From: a virus
Lineage: Duplodnaviria > Caudoviricetes
DNA: 64,000 bases
Reading direction: 5' to 3' (one strand)
Virus record (IMG/VR): IMGVR_UViG_3300046725_000049
Location: 5,088-69,087 of that record
Part shown: positions 37,031 to 45,634 of the stretch, in pieces
Position numbering within the stretch: position 1 is the stretch's first letter
How the letters are laid out: each line of letters starts with the position of its first letter
Program-made: the position numbers and the translations under genes
Notes under the pieces: model-generated
What the model was told of the DNA's origin: nothing
The model's input: only the letters and a program-made list of their open reading frames with translations
Databases searched by the model: none

Positions 37031-37245
37031 GTTGACCGACTTCGGATTCACCTGGGGACCGGCCGAGATCGAGCGCACCGCCGTCTTCGAGCGATGCTCA
37101 GGGAAGGTCTGGCGCGTGCTGCGGGTCTACGGTCGCCGGCTGTTCCTCCCAAGAGCTGGAGATCTACATCTCCCCGACGGGACGAAGCGTCCGGGTGTTC
37201 AAGCACGGCAAGGAAATGAAGGTGGTCATTGACCAGCGCGACTGA
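37023..37245 (+). pseudogene. Small phage gene with an apparent +1 frameshift near 37128
   Basis: MDELTDFGFTWGPAEIERTA...LRV continues best in the +1 frame as TVAGCSSQELEIYISPTGRSVRVFKHGKE. Confidence 0.4.
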
Positions 37246-38680
37246 GCACACGACCACGCTGCTCGCGGCGATCATCCCGGACCGGCGTGACCTGTTGGAC
37301 CGGGCGCTGCGGTACCTGACGCCCGAGCATTTCCCCGAACAGACGATGCGCAACATCTTCGTGATGCTGGAGCGCTACGGCGAGGTCACCGGCGCCATCA
37401 TGACCCGCGCCGCGCTGTCGGACATGCTCGCGGGCGCCCGCGCCGATGCCGGCAAGGTCGCCCTTTACGAGGAGACCTACGACCTGCTGTACGCCACGCA
37501 GGCCAACGAGGCGGACTTCCGCTGGGCACTGGAGCAGATCCGCGAGCTGGCCGCCGAGCGGGCAACTGGCGCCGCGCTGACCCAGGCCATGGAGATCCTC
37601 ACCCGGGGCGCCGAGGGCGAGCACGGCGAGAACCTACGCGGGCACGCCGACTCCCGGACCCATGCCCTGCAACGCTTCGCGCAGATCGACCGGGACCTGA
37701 CCATGCAGGAGTCCCCCGAGGGCGACATGCGCGCCGAAGGCGAGGACATCCTGGCCGACTACGCCCTGCGTAAACAGGCCGCCGCCGCCGGCCGGATGGT
37801 CGGCATCGAGTTCGGCATCCCCGAGCTGGACAACAAGATGAACGGCCTGAACAACGGCGAGCTGCACCTGCTGGTCGGTTTCACCGGGGAGGGCAAGACC
37901 AGCCTGGTCGTGCAGCTCGCCTGGAACGCCGCGATCAAGCAGGGCCGCAACGTTGTCATCCTCACCACCGAGACGCTGCGCACCCAGGTCCGGCGCCGGC
38001 TGGTCGCCCGACACTCGTGCCTGGAGCACTTCAACATCCCCAAGGGCCTCAACTCCCGCGACATCAAGATGGGCCTGCTCAACCCCGACCAGGAGCGTCA
38101 ACTCAGCGAGGTCGTCACCGACTTCACCCACAACCCTGGCTACGGGCACGTCTACATCGTGCAGGTCCCACGCGGCGCTACCATGGGCTACTGCGAATCG
38201 AAGCTGACCCGCATCCAGCGGATGTTCAACATCGACCTGGCGATCATGGACTACTTCGCGCTGCTCAAGCCGGAGCGGCGCCGCCCGGATGACCGCCAGG
38301 AGCTGGGTTCCATCCTCAAAGACGGCAAGCAGCTCGCGGTCACCTTCAACGACGGCGCCGGGTTCCCGTTCGTCACCCCGTGGCAGGTGTCGCGCTCGGC
38401 CCGGCAGGAAGCCGAACGGACCGGCTACTACACCGCCTCCGCGTTGTCGGAGACCGCCGAGGCGTCCAACTCCGCCGACGGGATCATCTCCCTGCTCGCC
38501 CCGCTGGACAACGACCAGCGCTACGCCAAGGTCAAGATGCAGGTGATGAAGAACCGCGACGGGGAGAAGGCCAACGCCATCGAAGTCCAGGTCGACTACG
38601 CCACTGGATGGTTCAGCGCCGTGGGACGCCCCCAGAGCATGGACGAGTTGTTCACCGGCGATCCGCTGGCTGGTCTGTAG
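37229..38680 (+). CDS. dnaB: Replicative helicase, DnaB-like
   Basis: LLVGFTGEGKT Walker A, LAIMDYF Walker B, WQVSR, MKNRDG. Confidence 0.9.
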   Translation: MTSATEHTTTLLAAIIPDRRDLLDRALRYLTPEHFPEQTMRNIFVMLERYGEVTGAIMTRAALSDMLAGARADAGKVALYEETYDLLYATQANEADFRWALEQIRELAAERATGAALTQAMEILTRGAEGEHGENLRGHADSRTHALQRFAQIDRDLTMQESPEGDMRAEGEDILADYALRKQAAAAGRMVGIEFGIPELDNKMNGLNNGELHLLVGFTGEGKTSLVVQLAWNAAIKQGRNVVILTTETLRTQVRRRLVARHSCLEHFNIPKGLNSRDIKMGLLNPDQERQLSEVVTDFTHNPGYGHVYIVQVPRGATMGYCESKLTRIQRMFNIDLAIMDYFALLKPERRRPDDRQELGSILKDGKQLAVTFNDGAGFPFVTPWQVSRSARQEAERTGYYTASALSETAEASNSADGIISLLAPLDNDQRYAKVKMQVMKNRDGEKANAIEVQVDYATGWFSAVGRPQSMDELFTGDPLAGL

Positions 38681-38688
38681 AGTTTGGG

Positions 38689-39111
38689 TCATTCCGTGTT
38701 CTTGCGCTTGAGCCGGCCACGCTCCACCCAGGTCTCCGGATGCTCCATGGAGTGTTCGATTTGCTCCAGCAGTTGTGGGTTGGAGTACAGCCGTTGTTCT
38801 CGATCCGGCAGATGGTTGAGATCGAAGGCGGCCAGGATGGCGGCGGTCAAACCTGGCTCGTCGGTGGGCATGAGGTAGCCGATGCGACGCCCGATCGCTG
38901 ACTTTTCCACGGTGGTGATGTTGTCCAGGCTCACGGCGCAGGCGCCATCCAGGCCGTTGGGGATGCCGACCGGCAATTCCGAGGTCAAGCCCTTGACGCT
39001 GCTAGTGATGGGCGCGACGCTGACCCAGGTGAGGTAGGGGAGCACGATCTCCCGGGTCAAGATCAGTGCAGGTCGGGTCTTGTCGAGCCGAACCAGATGG
39101 ATTGGGCGCAT
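38689..39111 (-). CDS. mazF: MazF/PemK endoribonuclease toxin with ~40-aa C-terminal extension
   Basis: MRPIHLVRLDKTRPALILTRE...VAPITS...VSLDNITT...IGYL...AAFDL closely resembles M. tuberculosis MazF3 as recalled. Confidence 0.9.
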   Translation of the reverse strand: MRPIHLVRLDKTRPALILTREIVLPYLTWVSVAPITSSVKGLTSELPVGIPNGLDGACAVSLDNITTVEKSAIGRRIGYLMPTDEPGLTAAILAAFDLNHLPDREQRLYSNPQLLEQIEHSMEHPETWVERGRLKRKNTE

Positions 39112-39351
39112 TTAGTCGCTCAATCCCAGCGGGCGGCCAGTCGCCCAGGTGGCGAGCCCGTTGAGGTCGTCTGGTTCGGTGGCGGCGGCTTTGAGGATCT
39201 CGACATCATGCAGTGCAGCGCGACGGCGTTGTTCCCGGCGCAGCGCGTCGCTGATTACCTCAGTGCGGCTGTTCGCGTGACCAGCGGACACCTCTTGGTC
39301 GAGGAAGTGGGCCAACTCATCCGGCAGCCGTACCGCTATCTGAACTGTCAT
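39112..39351 (-). CDS. mazE: Ribbon-helix-helix antitoxin (MazE3-like)
   Basis: QIAVRLPDE...SRTEVISDALRRE; adjacent upstream of mazF. Confidence 0.85.
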   Translation of the reverse strand: MTVQIAVRLPDELAHFLDQEVSAGHANSRTEVISDALRREQRRRAALHDVEILKAAATEPDDLNGLATWATGRPLGLSD

Positions 39352-39357
39352 GCAATC

Positions 39358-39375
39358 AGTATACCACTTCGGTAT
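39358..39375 (-). promoter_or_regulatory. mazEF leaderless promoter and operator
   Basis: -10 TATACT on the minus strand, 6 nt before ATG; overlapping palindrome ATACC-N5-GGTAT. Confidence 0.6.
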
Positions 39376-39432
39376 GCAAGTTCGGTCATGAACGGCGGTG
39401 CGCTCACACCGCGCCAGCCGCCACGTCGGCGG

Positions 39433-39672
39433 TCACCCAGTCAAGGCGGCTGGCCTGCCCTTCGGCGGCCTCGGCCAAGCCCCGGAACAGGAGGCGCGTA
39501 AGTCGGCGTTCTCGATCAGTTCCCGTTCGGGGGTGAGGACGGCTGGGACGAACACGATGGTTCCGTCGGGCTCCTCGTGGGCCAGGTAGCGGCGGTGTTC
39601 GGCGCGGCCGATCTTGCCGAGAGACGCCCGGCGGCGTTCGTCGAGTTCGATCAGGATGTCAGTGTTGCTCAT
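39433..39672 (-). CDS. AbrB/swapped-hairpin-like small protein
   Basis: IELDERRRASLGK...YLAHEEPDGTIVFVPAV pattern. Confidence 0.55.
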   Translation of the reverse strand: MSNTDILIELDERRRASLGKIGRAEHRRYLAHEEPDGTIVFVPAVLTPERELIENADLRASCSGAWPRPPKGRPAALTG

Positions 39673-39709
39673 CTCAGCTCACCTGTAGTTCCTTTGGGCT
39701 GCCCCCCAG

Positions 39710-40267
39710 CTATCGGGCCAAGAGCGCGCGGGGGTCGAGCTGGAAGGCAAACGGTGTGTCGGTGGACAGGATGTCTCCGATCCCGGCTGCGGCGTGCTCG
39801 ACGTAATGTGAGCCGTCGAGGCGGTTGAGCCGCAGCGTGAGCGAACGTGGCGCGTCCTGCTCGACGAGGAGATACCAGTTGATGCCGGCGGCGGCGTAGA
39901 GCTGCATCTTCAGTACATGATCCGTGGCGGCGTTACCCGGTGAAACGATCTCACCAATGAGGGGCACGTGTGTCGCGTCGGTCCTGACCCCCTCATCTGC
40001 CGTGTCCACGATGACCAGGTCCGGGATGACGATTTGGCCCGTGTGCAGGCGGACGTTGATCGCCTCATAGACGAACAAGCTCGCCGCCGACGCGCCTGAG
40101 TCCAGCAGGTTGGCAAGCCGGCGGGATAGCCGCTGGTGGCTCATGCTCGGGGCGGGGCTCACCAGTAGGCTCCCATCGATCAGCTCGATTCGGTCCAGGG
40201 TCTCGCCCAGTGCCAGGTATTCCTCTTCGCTCCACGGTCCGATGTGCTTCAGCACGGCCACGTTCAT
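39710..40267 (-). CDS. Uma2 (DUF820) family PD-(D/E)XK-like nuclease
   Basis: [13 protein letters not shown]...HQ, IPDLVI, EIVSPG...D...K..LYAAAGI..YLLVE; start ATG 40267. Confidence 0.9.
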   Translation of the reverse strand: MNVAVLKHIGPWSEEEYLALGETLDRIELIDGSLLVSPAPSMSHQRLSRRLANLLDSGASAASLFVYEAINVRLHTGQIVIPDLVIVDTADEGVRTDATHVPLIGEIVSPGNAATDHVLKMQLYAAAGINWYLLVEQDAPRSLTLRLNRLDGSHYVEHAAAGIGDILSTDTPFAFQLDPRALLAR

Positions 40268-40423
40268 CGCGAACTCCACTTCCTTTCGGTTGGTTCCCTC
40301 ACGGTGACGGCGCACGGATGCATCGGGTACAGACTAGCGCGGCTTTCGCCGGTAAAGCCGTAGCGTCTGACCCACGACCAACCATCCGCTTCATACGCGA
40401 ACCGGTCCAACGGTAGAAATAGC

Positions 40424-40630
40424 ATGGACACCTACACTGACCTGGTCATGCAGCGTCTGGGCGCCGAGCCACTGCTGACCCCGGCCGAGGTCGCGCTGAT
40501 CTTCCACGTCGACCCTAAGACCGTCACCCGCTGGGCCAAGGCCGGCAAGCTGAACTGCATCCGGACCCTGGGCGGCCACCGGCGTTTTCGGGTCTCGGAG
40601 GTGAAGGCCCTGTTCAACGGCGACAGCTAG
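40424..40630 (+). CDS. bldC: BldC-family MerR-like HTH regulator
   Basis: AEPLLTPAEVALIFHVDPKTVTRWAKAGKLNCIRTLGGHRRFRVSEVKAL, about 41/51 identical to Streptomyces BldC as recalled. Confidence 0.9.
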   Translation: MDTYTDLVMQRLGAEPLLTPAEVALIFHVDPKTVTRWAKAGKLNCIRTLGGHRRFRVSEVKALFNGDS

Positions 40631-41203
40631 ATGCTGCGCAGGCGTACGCGCTCGGAGATCGGGGTGGCCAACGAGAAGGTCTCGATCGTCCTGGCGTGCA
40701 ACTTGATCGGGATGGACATCCCCGAAGACGTTGGATCACGCCGGTCGGTCAAGGTCCACTGCCCGTTCGGCGAGATCTACCACGTCGACCAGGGCTACGA
40801 GGCCGCGTTCCGGATCTACCCCGACTCCAACAGCGCGTTCTGCTTCGCCGGCTGCGGCTACTTCACGCCGGTGTCCCTGTGCGCCCACGCCTGGGGCACC
40901 CCGTCCGCCACCGTCGCCGTGGAGCTGCTGGAGCGGGTCGGGGTCAAGCCGGTCAGCCTGGCTGACGCTTGGGCGCAGGTGGCCAGCCACGAGCCGGCGC
41001 CGGATGCGGTCCTACTCGCCCAGGCGCTCAAGACCTTCTGCCGGCGAACCTGCCTGAACTGGGAGCAGATCCAGTTCGAACCCGCCGTCGCGGCCACCCT
41101 CACCCGGTGTCTGGCCCTGCTGGACCTGGTTGGGACCGAGGCCGACGCCGGTACCTGGCTGGCGGCCTGCAAGCGGGTGATGAGCATCGCCGTCAACCGG
41201 TAG
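40631..41203 (+). CDS. Stand-alone primase-type CHC2 zinc-finger protein
   Basis: VHCPFGEIYH...FRIYPDSNSAFCFAGCG; no Toprim domain in the ORF. Confidence 0.75.
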   Translation: MLRRRTRSEIGVANEKVSIVLACNLIGMDIPEDVGSRRSVKVHCPFGEIYHVDQGYEAAFRIYPDSNSAFCFAGCGYFTPVSLCAHAWGTPSATVAVELLERVGVKPVSLADAWAQVASHEPAPDAVLLAQALKTFCRRTCLNWEQIQFEPAVAATLTRCLALLDLVGTEADAGTWLAACKRVMSIAVNR

Positions 41204-41239
41204 ACGGTTGGCAACTGCCCACCTACCGTGTACCGTTAG

Positions 41240-41731
41240 ATGTCTCTGATCCCGACAAGTGAGGAGTATGAATTGCCCGAAGAGAAGGACTTCAGATGGC
41301 TGGCCGAGGAGGGCTGGCTGTCGGTCATCGAGATCAGTGAGCTGTTCGGTGTCTCCAGGTCACGCGCCAACGCCATGATTGTCGATGATGGCGAGTTCGA
41401 TCCGGAGGATGTCCGTCGGTCCAAGGGCGGCAAGCTCATGGTGTTCGTGCGAGCCAGCGCCGCGATGGACAAGAAGGCGTCCTTCGACCGGCTGGCGACC
41501 ATGTGGGACCAGATGGACACCGATGAGCGCGCTCAATACCGCAAGGATGTTCGCGCCTGGGTCGAGAGCCGGCTCGGCGACGTCATTTTGACTGGTGAGC
41601 TGCCACGGCGGCTGCTGGTGGCCTACATGAAGGCCCAGGAACAACGAAAGGCCCCTCGGGTGCGTAAGGTCACGCCGCCGGCCAAGAAGGCGGCTTCCCG
41701 ATCCCGCCGGGGCAGCAGCGCGCAAAATTGA
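41240..41731 (+). CDS. HTH protein with C-terminal Lsr2-like DNA-binding domain
   Basis: LSVIEISELFGVSRSRAN HTH; YRKDVRAWVESRLGDVILTGELPRRLLVAY. Confidence 0.6.
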   Translation: MSLIPTSEEYELPEEKDFRWLAEEGWLSVIEISELFGVSRSRANAMIVDDGEFDPEDVRRSKGGKLMVFVRASAAMDKKASFDRLATMWDQMDTDERAQYRKDVRAWVESRLGDVILTGELPRRLLVAYMKAQEQRKAPRVRKVTPPAKKAASRSRRGSSAQN

Positions 41732-41800
41732 CCCCCTGTCCCCGTAGGTACAGGTAGGGACCAGAACACCTGGGACCGGTACACGAGGGGAAAGCACAAG

Positions 41801-42028
41801 GTGGCCAAGAACTTCACGCTCGGCGACAGGGTCCAGTACACCGATGGGCAGGGCTTCACCAAGCTCGCGTTCATCACCGGCACGCGCAAGTCCATCGCCA
41901 AGGGCACCGAGGTCGCCCGCCCGGAGAAGGACCAGGCGCACCTGCTGGTGATCTCGCCGACGGGCAAGCAGTACCCGCGCGAGAGCATTCCGTTCGGCGA
42001 GGGGCCGCGCACCTTCACCACGGTCTAG
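41801..42028 (+). CDS. Small SH3/KOW-like hypothetical protein
   Basis: FTLGDRVQYTDGQG...; purine-rich RBS region. Confidence 0.65.
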   Translation: MAKNFTLGDRVQYTDGQGFTKLAFITGTRKSIAKGTEVARPEKDQAHLLVISPTGKQYPRESIPFGEGPRTFTTV

Positions 42029-42076
42029 GTGGCGCGCATGAAAGACCTCCCAGGACACGGGGAGTAGGGGAAAGCT

Positions 42077-42113
42077 GGTGGCTCGGTACCGCTACGGGGG
42101 GTACCGAGCCACC
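42077..42113 (+). terminator. Hairpin/terminator
   Basis: GGTGGCTCGGTACC / GGTACCGAGCCACC perfect 14-bp inverted repeat. Confidence 0.7.
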
Positions 42114-42139
42114 GGCGTGAGCGGGGGGATGCGGCGGCC

Positions 42140-42538
42140 GTGCTGGGGTGTACCGGTACCGGGAAGATCACCGAGTACGAGTTCATCTGGGCGTTGGGTG
42201 GTCGAGAAGACTCATGGGACTGCCGTGGTCCACTACTGCGGTTGTCCTTCTCCTCCTACCGACTGATGACGTTGGAACAGGCGATCAATTCCCAACGAGC
42301 CACCGACGTTCTTTGGGACGGTTTGGCCTTGGCGTCCTCCGATAGGGTGACATTCGCGTTATGCGGCGCCCATTGGATGGACCTGAGTTACCTGGCCGGT
42401 TTGCACGGTCGGCTGCAAGGTCGGCGTGATTGGTCCGCCGAGGGAAGCGCGCTGCTCAAGGACATCTGCACCAGCGCCGGGTGGGACGTGAAGGAGATCG
42501 CCAACATGATCGTGTGGCGCAACCTGCAATGCAAATGA
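42140..42538 (+). CDS. Hypothetical protein
   Basis: 132-aa ORF in the operon direction. Confidence 0.5.
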   Translation: MLGCTGTGKITEYEFIWALGGREDSWDCRGPLLRLSFSSYRLMTLEQAINSQRATDVLWDGLALASSDRVTFALCGAHWMDLSYLAGLHGRLQGRRDWSAEGSALLKDICTSAGWDVKEIANMIVWRNLQCK

Positions 42539-42639
42539 CGTGTCGGTAGTTGACTGGACTCGCTGCGTGCACGTACCCTCGGGCCACGCGAGGAGGGGGA
42601 CCTCCCGTCATAGCGGCCCTAGCAGGCGGAGGTTGGTAG

Positions 42640-43167
42640 TTGTCACGCGGGTCTGATACACGACCGACCCGAGAACGAATGGATCTGGATGCCGCAGGCC
42701 GCGATGCGCTTGACAGCGCCTTATGGTCAGCCCTCGCGTCCTTCACGCCTCTGCTGGGAGGCGGACTGTGTATCTTTCCCACCCCATTCAATCTCGCGGC
42801 ATCGGTCGTACTGGCCCGCAACACCTTCGACTTCGAGATCGCCGAGGCGATGTTCGATGTTCAGGTCGGGCAGCACATCCGCCGATTTCTCATCGCACTG
42901 CATCACATGGCGTCCGGCGGACAACTGCCGTGCTTCCTGTATGTCACGCCACACTCGGACATCAACCTCCTGGCGGCCAAGTGCCGGGAGGAATTTTCGC
43001 GTGCCCCAGCGGGTCCGGGATTCAACTTCCGAGTAACGGTGAATGAGATCGCCCAGCCAGACTTCATCCGGGAGATCCTTGACACCACCGTTACCCATCC
43101 CGCGACGGCGGCGGGGCTCATAGATGATTTGGTAGACGCAGTACTGTACGAAGGAGAAGAAGAATGA
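42640..43167 (+). CDS. Hypothetical protein
   Basis: 175-aa ORF whose stop overlaps the lsr2 start; true start uncertain. Confidence 0.5.
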   Translation: MSRGSDTRPTRERMDLDAAGRDALDSALWSALASFTPLLGGGLCIFPTPFNLAASVVLARNTFDFEIAEAMFDVQVGQHIRRFLIALHHMASGGQLPCFLYVTPHSDINLLAAKCREEFSRAPAGPGFNFRVTVNEIAQPDFIREILDTTVTHPATAAGLIDDLVDAVLYEGEEE

Positions 43168-43646
43168 GACGTGAATTGGTCGTACTCGAAGACGATCTCG
43201 ATGGCGGCAGGGCCGACGAGACGGTGAGGTACGCGCTCGATGGCGTCAATTACGAGATCGACCTTTCGGAGAAGAACGCGTCGAAGCTACGCACGGCACT
43301 CCAGGACTACCTCGCGGCCAGTCGCCGACTCGGAAGGGTCGGGATAGCGCCCCGGCGGACCCACAGCGTCAACCCCAGCGCCGCGCACCGCGCCATCGCA
43401 CAGTCCAATCGGGACCAGAACAGAGCGGTGCGGGAATGGGCGCTCAAGATGGGGTACGAGGTCGCCGACCGGGGCCGGGTACCCGAGCGGTACACCGAGG
43501 AGTACCAGAAATGCGGCGGCCTGGTGACGAAGGAACCCACCCCACCGCCGAAGGACACCCCGCCGACCAAGACAGTCCCCGCCCAGGTGACTGGGGCGGC
43601 CAACGGCGCCAAGAAGACCACCGGTAAGTCCAGGGCCAAACGGTAA
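43164..43646 (+). CDS. lsr2: Lsr2 nucleoid-associated protein
   Basis: LEDDLDGG.ADETVRYALDGVNYEIDLS..NASKLR; VREWA...GYEVADRGRVP. Confidence 0.95.
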   Translation: MRRELVVLEDDLDGGRADETVRYALDGVNYEIDLSEKNASKLRTALQDYLAASRRLGRVGIAPRRTHSVNPSAAHRAIAQSNRDQNRAVREWALKMGYEVADRGRVPERYTEEYQKCGGLVTKEPTPPPKDTPPTKTVPAQVTGAANGAKKTTGKSRAKR

Positions 43647-43662
43647 AGACACCGCGCGAAAG

Positions 43663-43695
43663 AACGGGCTTCCTCGATCTTCGGGGGAGCCCGTT
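43663..43695 (+). terminator. Intrinsic terminator after lsr2
   Basis: AACGGGCTTCCTCGA-TCT-TCGGGGGAGCCCGTT stem followed by GTTG. Confidence 0.7.
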
Positions 43696-43785
43696 GTTGC
43701 TGGTCCGGTAGTCCATTCGGGGGAACATCGCCGTTGCCCGGCGCGTCCGGTGCAAAACGCGGCGCTCTGCGGCGTAGAGAGTTGT

Positions 43786-44643
43786 ATGCGCCTGTTGATT
43801 GTCGGTGACATCCACGGCAACACCGAGTTCCTGCGAGACCAGCTCTACCCGGCCGCCGCCGGGCTGGGCGTCGCCGCGATCGTACAGCTCGGTGACTTCG
43901 GCTACTGGGAGCACGACCCCGAAGACCGGTTCGTGGATGAGGTCGCCGACGCCGCCGCCCACTTCGACATCCCCCTGTACTGGTTGCACGGCAACCACGA
44001 CAACTGGGCCTGGGCGATGCAACGCTACGGGCAGCAGCGTACCGCCGACGGGTTCGTGTCCCTGCGGCCCCGGGTCAACTACATCCCCAACGGCTTCGCG
44101 TGGAGCTGGGCCGGCGTGCGGTTTCGCGCCTTCGGCGGCGCCTACAGCCTGGACAAGCCCGGTCGGCTGCGTGACGAGCGGCGCTTCAACCTCTCCCCGG
44201 CCACCCTGTGGTTCCCGTGGGAGGAGATGACCGAGGACGAGTTCACCCTGCTGATGGCCGCCGATTCTGGGCCCAAGGACGTGGTGTTCTCCCACGACAA
44301 GCCGCGCAGCGCCAACCCCGGCATCCGGCTCAAGGACAAGGTGGAATGCCACCCCAACCAGGACCGACTGCAACGCGCCCTGCTGGCCCACCAGCCCGAC
44401 CTCTGGCTACACGGCCACCTGCATCACCGCTACTCCTGCATGGTGCGAAACGGCGACCAGGACGGCTGGACCGAGGTGATCGGGCTGTCCTGCGACCCGC
44501 AGGGCGCGGGCAGGTTCTGGAAGCCCACCGACGCCTGGGGCGTGCTCGACTTCGACCAGGACGTGCCGGTGACGTACACGCCGGCTCAGACCGCGCAGGA
44601 CTGGTACCAGCGGGTGCCCATGGTGCGCAAGAAGGCCGCCTGA
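43786..44643 (+). CDS. Calcineurin-like metallophosphoesterase
   Basis: GDIHG, LGDFG, GNHD, FSHD, HGHLH motifs; start ATG 43786. Confidence 0.9.
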   Translation: MRLLIVGDIHGNTEFLRDQLYPAAAGLGVAAIVQLGDFGYWEHDPEDRFVDEVADAAAHFDIPLYWLHGNHDNWAWAMQRYGQQRTADGFVSLRPRVNYIPNGFAWSWAGVRFRAFGGAYSLDKPGRLRDERRFNLSPATLWFPWEEMTEDEFTLLMAADSGPKDVVFSHDKPRSANPGIRLKDKVECHPNQDRLQRALLAHQPDLWLHGHLHHRYSCMVRNGDQDGWTEVIGLSCDPQGAGRFWKPTDAWGVLDFDQDVPVTYTPAQTAQDWYQRVPMVRKKAA

Positions 44644-45110
44644 TGGGACGGCTGGCGCTGCTGGACCTGGACGGCGTCATCGCCGATGACCGCCACCGCG
44701 TCCAGCACGCCCTGGCCCGGGACTGGAACGAGTACTTCGGCCTGATGCACCGCGACGCGGTCTGGCCGCAGGGCCGCGAGCTGTACGACGCGGCGGTGAT
44801 CAGCGACTGGACCATCGGGTACTGCACCGGCCGGCGTGAAGACACCCGTCAGGTCACCCGTAGATGGCTCAAGCACAAGGGGTTCGACCACCAGGCGCCG
44901 CTGATCATGCGCCGGCACGACGATCGCCGGCCGCTGGCCGAACTCAAGGCGATGATCGTGCGTGAGGCGCTGGACCTGTATGACCAGGTGATCATGTACG
45001 ACGACGATCCGCACGTCATCGAGATGGTCGCCCTGGTACCCGGTGCCCGCGCCCATCACTGTCAGTGGTACCGCAAGCCCGACCGGATGGTCCGCCGGGG
45101 TTCGGCGTGA
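44643..45110 (+). CDS. HAD phosphatase, T4 Pnkp 3'-phosphatase-like
   Basis: LLDLDGVIAD, CTGRRE...TRRWL, LIMRRHDDRRP..ELK, YDDDP. Confidence 0.85.
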   Translation: MGRLALLDLDGVIADDRHRVQHALARDWNEYFGLMHRDAVWPQGRELYDAAVISDWTIGYCTGRREDTRQVTRRWLKHKGFDHQAPLIMRRHDDRRPLAELKAMIVREALDLYDQVIMYDDDPHVIEMVALVPGARAHHCQWYRKPDRMVRRGSA

Positions 45111-45229
45111 GCACCGAGCAGCAGGCGCAGGAGCTGCACGACCAGCGTCGCCAGGACGATCCTGACCACGATCCGTGCGGCTGCTGGGACTGCGATTTCG
45201 ACTTCGCCGATGTTACCGGTGAGTCATAA
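45107..45229 (+). CDS. 40-aa acidic peptide with CGCWDC
   Basis: GTGA overlap with the upstream stop; below the track cutoff. Confidence 0.45.
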   Translation: MSTEQQAQELHDQRRQDDPDHDPCGCWDCDFDFADVTGES

Positions 45230-45502
45230 GTGAAGGAAGTTCTTCGATACGGCAGCGCGTCGCGTCACGGCCTGACTACGATGGGTGACGTGAGTGGGGG
45301 AGGCGCGATGAAGCGGGTCCAGCGGCGCGGCGTCGAGGCGCGCTGCGACGGCGGCCGGGACTGCCGCTGCTGCGAATGCTGGCACCAGTGCCCAGGCTGT
45401 CAGGAGTTCGGTGCCCGGGGTCGCTGTTTAGGCGGCCACGCCTACGCACCCAACTCGCACATGTGCGTTGAACTTCACCACTGGATCACATCTGTGGAAT
45501 GA
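45230..45502 (+). CDS. Cys-rich hypothetical protein
   Basis: CRCCECWHQCPGCQE...C...HMC. Confidence 0.5.
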   Translation: MKEVLRYGSASRHGLTTMGDVSGGGAMKRVQRRGVEARCDGGRDCRCCECWHQCPGCQEFGARGRCLGGHAYAPNSHMCVELHHWITSVE

Positions 45503-45634
45503 CCTGACACACGTTGTGGTAGGTCATTCTCAAATAGTCAAGCCCAGGCCGAACAAAGGCCGCGAACTTATCCAGAACGTTGGACGGTCCGTGACTCCTC
45601 GTCGTAGGCTTCTCGGTACCACCAGTAAGGCCGG

